NCBI GenBank assembly: GCA_013265495.1
Contig: MU058213.1
Coordinates: 6,836,066-6,900,065, forward strand
DNA: 64,000 nt
Source of the DNA: Vicugna vicugna
Taxonomy: Eukaryota
Direction: 5' to 3'
This document shows, one piece after another, positions 50,396 through 61,580 of the stretch. The notes under the pieces were generated by a model. The model was not told the DNA's origin. It worked only from the letters and a program-made list of their open reading frames with translations, and made no database searches. The position numbers were made by a program, and so were the translations under genes. The first letter of the stretch is position 1. Every line of letters starts with the position of its first letter.

Positions 50396-50597
50396 ATTGT
50401 ATTAAACTTTTTGCTCTTTCTGGTTCTTTCTGGTACAGTCATTGGCTGAAGCCACCTCTTCCACCAGCAGCCCAGAGCTCACTGGTGATAAATGTTACTG
50501 TCCAGGAGTTGACCATTTATCATCCAAAACCAGCTGCCCTCTGGAGGTGGCTGATCAAGGGTATCTCATAACAATTTTTTTCATTTCATTCTGAAAA

Positions 50598-50691
50598 ATT
50601 TTTTTTTCTTTTGTAATTGAAGTACTGGGGATTGAGCCCAGGACCTCGTGCACACTAAGCATGTCTCTACCACTGAGCTATACGCACCCCC
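50598..50691 (-). mobile_element. tRNA-Ala-derived SINE (Vic-1 type)
   Basis: Contains 'gtactggggattgagcccaggacctcgtgcacactaagcatgtctctaccactgagctatac', preceded by poly-T. Confidence 0.9.
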
Positions 50692-53411
50692 TGGAGTTGG
50701 AAAAAGATGGAAGACCCACCCAATTACAGTTCAGACAGCATGCTAGGAGGCCCAGTGTCTACCCAGGTTCCACTGAGCACTGGAGCTGCTAAGCCCACAG
50801 CCAAAGAAAGAGAACTCTGGTCCAGTAATTGTCTCTGACCACCCCATCTCACCCTGCCGAGGGTCAGACAGAGGCTCCCTTTTTCTTTTTTCTTTTTAAT
50901 TATAGAGGTGTAGATCATGCATTTTCTTCTCTCTTGAAACTCTCTAAAGCAGCAAGTTATTACAAATGTTGAATAGTGAGTGGCCTTACCTATGGAATCC
51001 AAAGAGCATTTCATCAGTGTTTTTAAGAATGTCCTAGCAAACTGGTATGGCAGAGGCCAACTAAATCTCTATTTTTTTCCCCTCTCATTCAAATCAGTTA
51101 ACACAACTTAACATATATCTACTGAGCACCAACTAGGCCTAGGGTTTCTAAACTGAGTAAAGAGATAACACCATGGCAGAAATTACTGTAACAAAAGGCA
51201 AAGTGAAAAGGATTGCAAGGAAAGTCTCAAAACGCCATGACCATTTGGAGGCAGATGAGAGCAAAGTGGGGATCCTGTAGGGCTGCCTGGAGGAGGCAGT
51301 GCCTAAAATGGACCCTAAATCTGAAGGATTTCAATCAAGAGGCCGGGGGAGGGGTTAAGGGCAGTTAATTCTGTTGAGAGGAGAGCTCCAAGGCCACTAC
51401 TGTCTCGGAGTGGAGGGCCTCGGGCTGCACATTCAGCCCGCAGAAGAACAAAGAAAAGGTTTGCTGCTGACTTCCCAAACTGCACAGGCGGCAGAGTCGG
51501 GGGGCAGGGAAGCTCGAAGGTCGTTTGTTCAAAGTAGCCAATTTACAGTTATGGTTACACTTGAGTCAATTAAAGTGTTTTATTAGCAGGAATTTGAATC
51601 TCTTACCTTCATTAACATTTAACAGTAAATGGGAGAAAAAAGGTAAATAAAATATTATCTGGCTTTTTAAAGGTCATTTCAGACTGAGCATTATAAAATG
51701 CGAGCTGGGGAAGGGCGGGGATGGCCCTTTGTGTGGATTTAGTACATGAGCCGGCTACCCGCGGACGTCTCTAGAGATAGCCCACAGCACCGGGAGCAGG
51801 ACACCTCGCGGCAGGTGAGGTGCTGGAGGTGCATTCATTACAGGCAGCACAACTGGGGCGGCAGGAGGGAAAAAGGGGACCTGACACGTGAGAATGAATT
51901 CTCCGCTTTAGATCTCAGACTGTAAATCACTGAGGGTATGCAGCCCTAAGTAATTACTCCCGTGCTCAACACCTGCTTTTTCACAACTCCAGGCGAGCAG
52001 TCCACATTGATTAAGAGACATACCTAATCCTTCCCCCAAAGGAAATAAACTCAAAGGAAGCCCTGGGCCTGGGTCTCAAGAGTCCACCGAGGGCCCCTGG
52101 GAAGGCCCCGCCACAGTCAGGAGGCAGGTCCTACCTGTGCCCCAGGCGCCCCGGAACTTCTCACGTCAAGGCCTGCTGTTACTGGAAGCCAGACACAGAA
52201 ACACGATCATTTGGCAAGGAGGGAAATGCTCAACCTGAAAAGAAACTTCTAAATTTCTTCATTTTTCCAAAGTGTCAAGCCAGAAGTGATGAGACAGCCA
52301 TCCAAAAGTGGCCCAGTGAAGAGTTCATCCCAACCCATGACCCTCAGGGAGGTTAAGACCTAAAGTGGGGATGCTCAGGTGTCATCTGATCCTGGGAGGG
52401 CAGCAGGAAGCCAAGATGATCCTACAGTTGCGGAAAGGCTTTTCTTGAGATTATTCCTCAGAATGGGTGAACAGAAGGAGCAGACCCACGCCCACCCCGC
52501 CACAGAGGATTTTGAGGTGTCCCTGATGGCTGTCCTCCTTGTCTGAGGTGAAAGCTGTACCTGGATATATAAACCCCAGCAAGTGAGCAGTTTCCCTATG
52601 GAGGTGGCTGTAGAAAGTGCAGTCTTCCTCGAATGAATACGGCTACTGGGTTAAAGCCCCTTCCTGGGCCGCCTTCGTCATCAGGATACTCGATTCTGCT
52701 GCACCCGGAAGTAGGAGGGAAATGAATTCACAACAAAATAAATATTTCCTAATTTTAAATAAATATTGCTAATCCCAGTGATGGCTTACAGAGCACAATG
52801 CAGCTATATCAACATAAAGGACAGAATTAGGAGTGGGGGAAGGATATTTACATACATGAAAATAAATCCAAAGTCTGATTTTAATGGGATAAAAACATCT
52901 AGTCTTGTTCTGTAAATGTCAGAGGTGGCTGCTCGCTGTCCCTCTAGCACCTCCCCAATTAGCAGCTGAGGAGATGGCCTTTCGTTTACCCAAATCCGAA
53001 GGTAAATATCATGGACTTCAGTGCAAAAATGAGGAGGACCTTTTCCTGTTGCATGTAACAAATTCATTTTGCATTTGATTTAGCAAAGACATACAGGAAA
53101 GGCTCCTGGTAAACCAACGCTCTAAATCGCCTTCCCCAGGAGCAATTTCAACCTCATTCCATTCCCTTTTCTTTTTGCAGAGTACACACAAGCAACTTCT
53201 CACCCACCCTAGAAGTATGGGGCTGTTATCAAGCCTGGAAGACCTTCAGTACAGAGGTGTGCAAGGCCACAGTCAAAGGCAGGCAGTGAGACTGTGACCA
53301 CTTTCAATGTCATTCAGAGAAGTTAACATCCTCTGTGATGCATGAGGATATAAAATGTCATGTTGGGTTCCTGATAACCACTGAAACAAGCATCCTTTAA
53401 AAAGTATATTG

Positions 53412-53735
53412 GTATCACTTATATGCAAAATCCCCAAAAAAGGATACAAATGAACTTATTTACAAAACAGGAAGAGACTCACAGACGTAGAAAACAAACT
53501 TACAGTCACCAAAGAGGAAAGGTTGGGGGAGGGATAAATTAGGAGTTGGGGATTAGCGAAGAGAAACTATTATATATAAAACAGATAAACAACAAAGTCC
53601 TAACGTTCAATATCTTGTAATAACCTATAATGAAAACCTATACACACACACACACACACATATCTATGTATAACCAAGTCACTGTGCTGTATACCAGAAA
53701 CTAACACAACAATGTAAATAAACTTCAATTAAAAG
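53412..53735 (+). mobile_element. L1 3' end with internal (CA)n
   Basis: Contains 'gtatcacttatatgc...gggataaattaggagttggggattagc'. TSD aaaaagtatattg / aaaaagtatactg. Confidence 0.92.
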
Positions 53736-54559
53736 AAAAAGTATACTGAACACACAGTAAAAGTCAGGCGGTGTGTTTTTGCCTTAGCAAAGGTCCCCAC
53801 AATTCAGTCCCACGAGAATGGTGTGTGGTAGGTGGTTTTCTCTCAAATGCAGAGAGAGAGCTGTCTGTTCTGGTCACTGTCACACCAGCCTATACCTTCT
53901 TTAATCAATCTCCCCTCTCTCAGAAAGAGAATTTGGAAGTAAGTAAGTGAGATGACCATTTATTCCCACCAATATGAAAAAGCTTTCTCACTCACTCTGG
54001 GTGCATACCACAGACTCACTGAAAGCCAGCACCAGCAGATACCTCAGAGACCTGGACACAGCCCCCAAGAGGCACTGGAAGGAGACAGAGGCCAGTGTAG
54101 CAGTGACTCAGGGAGTAATGTCCCTCAGTGCTGGACCTGTCGCATGCAGGGAAGAGTTAAACTGCCCCACAGAAAAACGATGACCAACCTCCTGCCCCCT
54201 TACTGACTAGGGAGGAAACCCAGGCCCATAGTGGGGCCCTGGACTGAAAGCTTTCAACTCCTAGTTTAGAGACGATAACTGTGTCCATAGTTGAGCAATA
54301 GAGAAGCAATACATTGAAATATACATATAAATGTAGGTACGTTAATGTTGCTTCTGCTTTTTCCTGCACAACCCGCTTCTGTTAACTAATCCTGGAAAGG
54401 CCCATGGCTGTTCCCTGCACCTCTGCCTTCATCTTGAGGCAAATAAAATGAATCCCTTGCAAGAATTCACACTTATCTTTTAGTGTCCTCCCAGGGCTCT
54501 TCCTTAGTATCTGAATTCAGCAGGAAACTTCAAGTAATTCCAAAGAAAGATGTTCTAAT

Positions 54560-54760
54560 TCAACCAAACATTTATTGGACACCTTGTATATGCCAGGCAT
54601 TGGGCTTGGTCAAAACATTATTTCATTTAACTGCAACTCAAAACTATAACTTAATGTACTAAGTCCATTTTACAGTTTCAAAAACTAAGGCTTTGAGTGG
54701 TTTATAAGTTGCTCAAGGCAATTAGTGACTTAGTGATTGACCTTGTGTCAGACCTTGGTG
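54560..54760 (-). mobile_element. MIR fragment
   Basis: Contains 'catttattggacacc...tgccaggcattgggct' and 'ccattttacagtttcaaaaactaaggct'. Confidence 0.7.
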
Positions 54761-54952
54761 TCTCATCAGTCATCACTGGGTTCCCTCCACATCTCTGGTC
54801 CATCACATCTTGGCATCAGCTGCCTCCTTCTCCAAGAATGTAAAGTCACAGAAAGGGCCTTTCAAAGTTTAAGATTTCATCAGGTGGGTGAGTTCTCAGG
54901 AGACAGAAGTCTCAAAGACTCACTGAGACAGAATTTGTAAAAACTCTGGCCA

Positions 54953-55056
54953 GCAGGAGTTACAGTTCAGTCGTAGAGTGCATGCTTGGCATGTATGAGG
55001 AACTGGGTTCAATTCTCACTAACTCCACTAACAAAACAAAAACAAAAACAAAAAAA
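54953..55056 (+). mobile_element. tRNA-Ala-derived SINE (Vic-1 type)
   Basis: Contains 'tacagttcagtcgtagagtgcatgcttggcatgtatgaggaactgggttcaattc' plus an (AAAAAC)n tail. TSD-like ctctggcca / ctctagcca. Confidence 0.88.
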
Positions 55057-56437
55057 TGCTCTAGCCACATTTCCACAAGAAAATGGCAGACTTGTGCATG
55101 TACACACGCGACTTCTTTGCCAAAAACACATCCAAGGGAGCTGAAAGCTCCTGAGAAAGCCTGTGCAACACACACACACACACACACACAGAATTGGTGA
55201 CCTGTGAAGGCATGCAATGGAATCAGAGCAGGGAATAAAAGAATAAACAAAACAAGAGCAGTGTGATTAACTTAATGATCTACTCCTGAGGTTAACATTT
55301 TAAAATGTTTATGGCACTTTAAAAATAGTCTGTGAAAAAGATCCCCAGCAAAGGTGATAAAATCTCTAAACCTCGCAAGAGGTGACGGAAGGTATGAGAA
55401 TTGGCAAGAGGAGGGAGAGATGAACTCTCCCCACTTGCTAAATGGGGAGTCCTCCTTAGGAATTTCGTAATTGCGTGCTCTGGCTGTTCATTAATTGTAA
55501 GGAGAGCATCCTGGCTCCTGCCCCCTTGCCTGCTGGGAGGGCATGACAGAATTACGGACTCATGTGAAGGATGGGCACTGACCAATGGCACCCATCAGAG
55601 TGCCAGACAGTGGGTCTGAGGCGCCAGGTCAGAGATGGCCACCCTGGACCCAGGCTGCATGCAATTAAAAAGTCTGTGTGGAGTCCAAACTGCCCCTCCC
55701 CATCTTATGCATGTCAGGAGACGCTCATTTGAAGCAAAATTCGTAACTGTTTTTCCCTTTCTCTTTAGTTTTAAAACCATCCGTAGAAGTCACATAGCTC
55801 GGCAAGATAAAGAATAAATATCCTATCATCTGGCTACTGTTTAAAGTTGCAAAGGTTTTCCATGACTGTGCTCTAGCCACATTTGTGCAGTGAGCATATG
55901 CACACACACACAAACACACACACAGAGGCAGAGCAAAGACTCTGATGAATGAAAATGTGAATCTGAGGCCAAATGAGGCATGAAACATACTGGCCAATAA
56001 ACAACACAAAAGAAGGTTATACGAAATTTTTTGCCCTAACCAGACTGGGAAGGATTTGAGTTAGAATATCCATCCGGAGAAGACTTTCAAGGAAGTTCCA
56101 TTTCCTTACAAGTACAGAGGACTGGTGTTCATTTACTGGTTATTACTCAGATGTAGAGAGGGAGAGGATCTTACTGGACTGTGTTTTTGAAGGTGAAACT
56201 CTGAGGGTTTATCATATCTAAAAACACATCACCGACCTATCATAAGAAAACTAAACCTGCCTCAAGTACTCCTGTAATCACAGCTCTTTTTTGAAAACAT
56301 CTCCTCCAGGAAGCCCTACGTGCCTAAAGTAGTTTTCAGTCCACAAAGTTCCTTCAAAACCATCTCATAAAGTGGAAAAGGCAGGTATTATTTGCTCCGT
56401 TTCCCCATTTCTCAGAAAGTTCAGGTGAGTTTCTCAA

Positions 56438-56549
56438 GCTGCCCTGGAGTGAGTGACAAGAGCAGTTTTGTCCCTACTTTTCCTGATAAAGCATTAAAAG
56501 CGTCTGACAGCTCACTGCGGACTATAGTGCAAACTTTCTTCTATGGTTC
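56438..56549 (+). repeat. Right arm of the 112-bp long-range inverted repeat (partner 46481-46592)
   Basis: Same alignment as the left arm. It is also visible in the ORF track as near-identical pseudo-peptides (CPGVSDKSSFVPTFPDKALKASDSSL vs CPGVSEKSSFVPTSPNKALNASDSSL). Confidence 0.97.
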
Positions 56550-56754
56550 AAGGTCAGGAGTTGGACAGTCCCACAAGGATCTGTACTCCTGCTTCAGTGC
56601 AGCCCTGCCCATCTGCTAGTCCTGAGGTTTCAAAGAGCCGCTGTGAAATGTGCACGGTTTGGCCCCTGTCGCTTCTGTGTTTGAAGGCAAAGCTGATTCC
56701 AGGAGGCTGCTTTTTCCAGCATTCACCATATCAACCATCCCCTTCCTAAGGGAG

Positions 56755-56950
56755 GCAGGACAGTGTGGCAGCTTAGAGCCGGACAGCCCTGGGTGCAAAT
56801 TCTGCCTCTGAGGCACCTGCTATAGGTGTGGAGTGTTCGGAGCCTTGAAGCACTGTTTCCTCTTCAGTATTATTGTGATGATAATTCCTGTCTTCCAAAG
56901 CCCTGGGCATAATAAAGGCTTTGGCCCACAGCAAGCATTACTATGATCTC
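56755..56950 (+). mobile_element. MIR fragment
   Basis: Contains 'gcttagagccggacagccctgggtgcaaattctgcctctg...ctgtttcctcttc'. Confidence 0.6.
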
Positions 56951-57486
56951 TCCTGCACATTACGCAAAGGTGAAGGCAGAAAAGCACATACTTTAAGGGC
57001 ATGAACAGAAGAGGTCAGGTCAAGCCCAGGGACCCTTGGAGGGGGGCTCCCAGCAGAGTCTCAAACAGAAGGACCCATGAACGTGGACTTTTCTGTGCAT
57101 GGAGGATATCAGAACAAAAAGAACAATGAGAATGAATGTCTCAGAGACTCCTCCACCCCACCCCCACCCACCACATGCACACACAGAAGCACCCAGGGTC
57201 AAAAGAAAACAGATTCTTTCAAGATTCCCAGACCAGTCTGAGCAAAGTGAAAAGGTTTCCAGCCCCTGTTGGATCTGAGAAATACCTGATCCCCACCAGG
57301 CTGAGGTCACCTGGAGCTCCTCGGGGGGCTCTCTGTCTGCACTAATTAGAGAAAGCAATATTGTTTGAAAGCATTCCCTTCATCTGTCTTCCAGCCTTGC
57401 TTTGCTCCCGGATTTGGGCGTTTGCAGGCCCAGGTCCAGTTCACACAGCCGGCCAGCCCTTCAAAGGCGGGGAATCCACACAAGCG

Positions 57487-57505
57487 CATCCAACAGGTGG
57501 CGATG
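57487..57505 (+). promoter_or_regulatory. Candidate CTCF site
   Basis: CATCCAACAGGTGGCGATG closely fits the CTCF core CC(A/G)(C/G)(C/T)AG(A/G)(G/T)GGC. It lies in a CpG-enriched patch. Confidence 0.5.
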
Positions 57506-58170
57506 AGAGACGTGCCTGGACTGTCCTGGCCGGTCCGCGCCGCACCTTCACTTTCATTATCTCCATCATTTGTCAAGCAAAGGCAGGCTGGTGAGCCTTC
57601 TACCTTCAAAAGAAAAACACTGCCTAGACAGTGAGGCTGCCGCTGCCATGACCTCCCCTTCACCTGCTAGACGCCTACAGGGACTCACGCCGTCAAAAGA
57701 CGAGTCGTCGTCAGACTTCTCTCACTGACATCCAGTGGCCCGAGGGAGAGCAAGAGAGATGAAGGGCCAGTCATTGGAGGGGTTATGAACCATGCCGGGA
57801 AACTGGCAAATGCAGAATTAACTTTCTAGGGTACGAACATACAGGCAGCACCAAGCCCCTCAGAAGCTTAAGAAAATATGCTCTCCGAGATGATGGAGTC
57901 CAAAATTCCCCACGAATCTGGCCACTGACGCCACTGGTTAATAACCTCACCTCTTTGAGAAGCTCAGGTCTTCCCCACAGACCCAGAAAATTCCTCTTCC
58001 TAGACTTTAGAAGGATCCCTAAGTTGAGCCAGGGACAAAATGAAGTTCTCACGGCAAGACAATAAGTACAGACCAGACGCAGTGACCAAAGACATACTCT
58101 TTGCATGAGAAAAGGGATGCGGTTCTGTCTGAGGCTCAGCTGATGGGTCTGGTGAACTAGAAAGAAGTTC

Positions 58171-58287
58171 TTTTTGATTCTTTTTGTTGTTGTTGTTAAT
58201 GAAGGTACTGAGGATTGAACTCAGGACCTTGTGCATGCTAAGCAAGCACTCTACCACTGAGCTATATACTCTGCCCTGCCTCTGCCC
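58171..58287 (-). mobile_element. tRNA-Ala-derived SINE (Vic-1 type)
   Basis: Contains 'ggtactgaggattgaactcaggaccttgtgcatgctaagcaagcactctaccactgagctata'. TSD agaaagaagttc. Confidence 0.93.
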
Positions 58288-58300
58288 CAGAAAGAAGTTC

Positions 58301-58505
58301 TTTTTTTTCTTTTTTTAATTGAAGTATAGTTGAATTATAGTGTTGTGATAGTTCCTAGTGTACAGCACAGTGATTCAGTTTATATATATATATTTTTTTT
58401 CGTATTCTTTTCCATTACAGGTTACCACAAGCTATTGAATATAATTCCCTGTGCCATATACAGTAGGATTTGTTGTTTATCTACTTTACACATAATAGTT
58501 TGCAT
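58301..58505 (-). mobile_element. Short L1 3' end
   Basis: Contains 'aattgaagtatagttgaattatagtgttg...ttccctgtgccatatacagtagg'. TSD cagaaagaagttc. Confidence 0.93.
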
Positions 58506-59279
58506 CAGAAAGAAGTTCCTGAGCAGAGCAGAGAGGAAGAGAGAAGGAAGAAGGCAGGGTAGGGTGGGGAGGGGAAGTGTTGTTCTGGTCTTTTTCTTCT
58601 GCTGGCGGGGAGAGGGCTGATCGGAAACTGGAAGGCAGATTTTCCAGTGCCATGGGCAACAGAAATTCTGCTGCCCTGGGTGTTCCTGAATAATGTGCAA
58701 GGACTTGAGCTTGAGTCCGGAGGTGGATCGCAGGGCAGAAGACTAAGATTTGAGTAGAGTTTAGCCCTCTTGTCTTCCTGGTGTTCCCCAGCTCTCTTCC
58801 AGAAGCTTTCTGGAGAATCTCTCGCAGCCACTCTGTTAACCCCAAGAGTCCCATCTCCAAGTCACCTCAACATCTGTCCCTCCCTAAGAGACAAAACTCC
58901 ATCCGGTTCCAAAATTGTTTCTATTCTCAGGTAACATGACTAAAGGCAGCAAAATGTGACCATCCTACAAGTACAGACGTTCCAGCATAGTTATTCTTGC
59001 CGGTCATCTGTATGTAGGGTTTTTTTCCCCCAACAGTTAAAATGTCACCCATTTTTAAAAGTGAGCTTGACAGTTCTGCTCACATAAATGACTGCTTCCC
59101 TCTTGACAAATACCATATCCCAACAGCTTGCTTCTGTGGGAATACAGGGGCTGATCTGCACGGGCATCTCCTCTGAAAAGCAGAGGGCAACATGACTTTG
59201 ATGCTAACTGGCACCGAGAAGCTCTCGGGGTGGTGGGGGTGGAGCACTGTAGTTAGGCATCTTGTTCCTTACAGGTTGG

Positions 59280-59705
59280 CCTCCAGCCTGAAGGAGGAAC
59301 ACAGGAAAGTGCAGAGATGTAAAGGCATGTTGTGCCTGGAAATACAGACGGGGCCATTTCTACTTAACAGGAGCCAGAGAAGGGCCGAGGGGAGCAGCAG
59401 CAAATGAAGTGAGAAAGGTAGGTTGAGTTCAGATCAGGAGGGCCTCCAAACATTTTCCTCCCATTAATGGGCACTGAGAGCCATTGAAGGTCTTTCCATA
59501 GGTTATACATGGGATTAGGACTTCTGTTCTGGTAATAGTGCATCGAGGCCCTGGAAAAAGGAGAAACTAGAGACAGAGGGACAAGACAATCCTTCCTTCA
59601 TGAAAGAAACATTGAAATATCGCTCTGCCAAGCACTGAGAGCATGGGAATAATGAAGGAAGTCAACACAATGACTCTCCTGGAGCTTGTAGTCCAGTGGG
59701 ATGAG
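59280..59705 (-). mobile_element. Degenerate L2 fragments
   Basis: Contains 'gggcactgagagccattgaagg' and 'ctcctggagcttgtagtccagtggg'. Confidence 0.5.
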
Positions 59706-61434
59706 GGGGCAGCACTAACAGTCCCAGCTCAATTTATGACATTTGCAGGAACATTTTCAACGTGAGGAACTTGAGATGTCCATGAAACAGCCACATGGGA
59801 AGGTACATGGAGGCCTGGAGTCAATATGCACCCCCACAAATTCAAACATAGAAGTAGAATTTTGAAAACTTGTTTGATCTGAAGAAAGTCTGCTTTCCTA
59901 ACACTATCTCTAGGGTTCTACTCAAAAGAGAACATTTCCCTTTCCTTGTCAAGCTGAGAAGCAAGCAGCTTGTCCAAGCATCAGTACAATTCAGTGGCCA
60001 AGCCCCAGGGTTAAACTGGGCCTGCGTGGCCAGGGTCTGCCTCCAAATGGCTGCATACAGAGCGAAGGGTGAGGAGCACAAGCCTCGGGCCTGAATTTCA
60101 GTTCCGGGACTCACTCACTGTAAACCACCTCCCCCCCACACACACACCATTTTTACATAGAAGTCGATTATTATTGTCCAACATTGTACAAAAGTCAGGG
60201 GAGATCGGATATACAAATGACCTGAAATGAACCTTCACTGGGTCTCCCTGTTCTATAAAGGAAACCTTGACCATCAAACCACTAGTCAGCTCTTCTGAAT
60301 CCCTTCTAGAGGCCAAAAGCCACTCTCCTACAAAAGCCAGGTCTGATTGATTAACATTTCTTCCAGTGGAATTTGCATATTTTATCCCAACCTCTATAAT
60401 TCAGCAAACCCTCCCTCTCATCCCATTCTGCTCTCCAAGAGTCTGCTAGTCCTTAACAAAAATAACAGATTTACTGCTTCACTTGCCACAATGCACACGT
60501 ATTTATTAGATCCTGCCTTAAAGCAAATTCAAACATTTTCTATGATCATTTTTTGCAAATGTCAGAGATCTGCCAATCCAACTTCAGGATGACTCTTGAC
60601 TCTTAACATACAGTCTACCACCCGGAGCCAGCTACTCATAAATTGTAGTATTTCAGTGCCTTCCAGGGACTCTATCTGACCTGCTAATTATCTGTCAAAA
60701 TGTAGGCATCAGGCACAAATCAAATAGGTGAAAAGAACTTGATCTAATCTCTGCTTTTTCTAGTTTTAGAGTCTCTGAATACCACATACATCAAGTCTCT
60801 GTCTTGCTCTGGGACAGCACATACCTTAATGCATTCCCCAAGTCATACAATTCTCTGCCAAGAATGGTTTCCTTTGCTGCTGAGATTAATAAGCCAATTC
60901 TCCTTCCTTGCCTGAGAAAGTCTGAACAGTGCAGAGCTGACCCAGCCCCTGTCTTTCCAGGGGGGATGTAATTGTGCCATGATATGAATGTCTCTTGAAC
61001 TTGAGCGTAGAACTCTTTGCCCACAGGAAGAAAATTCAGGCTTGGAGGGGACTTCTGACAAGGCTATCTGATTAGATTCGTCCTCTTCAGTGTGGACGAA
61101 TGTCTAAGCAGAAAGGAGTTACCCTGGCATTCAGCTCTTATGTCCCTTCCCAAATCCCTGAAAGAAGTCCTAACAATTGAAAAGGAAACCAATTTATATT
61201 ATGTTGGACACACCTACTCACAAATTATTCATTCGACCAAAATATCTATTTAGTATTTACTGTGTACCACACTGTGCTGACGGAGTGTAAACAAAGATCA
61301 TTGTATTGTACGGAACTAACATTAATTCCTGAGTCTCTTATATAACATCAATGGCCTTTATTTGAAGGGAGTTCTGTGTATACAACCAGTAGCCTCTTTT
61401 AGCAGGCAGTTCACCAATTTTTTTAAAAGGGTGC

Positions 61435-61580
61435 CTTCTCACACTGCCCTGGGAACTCTATGAGGACAGAGATTTTTGTCTATCCTATTCAGGCTGGATC
61501 TCTAGCAACTTGAATAGTGTCTGAAACATAGTAGGTGCTCAATAAATATTTATTATGTTTATTGAACAAATGAATGATGC
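61435..61580 (+). mobile_element. L2 3' end
   Basis: Contains 'actctatgaggacagagatttttgtct...acatagtaggtgctcaataaatattt...gaacaaatgaatga'. Confidence 0.85.

Noticed and set aside
46459..56619. Two similar short peptides (ORFs 46459-46686 minus and 56392-56619 plus) suggesting paralogous genes
   Set aside because: Similarity is confined to the 112-bp DNA repeat, many substitutions change the amino acid, and the starts are non-ATG. It is a by-product of the inverted repeat.
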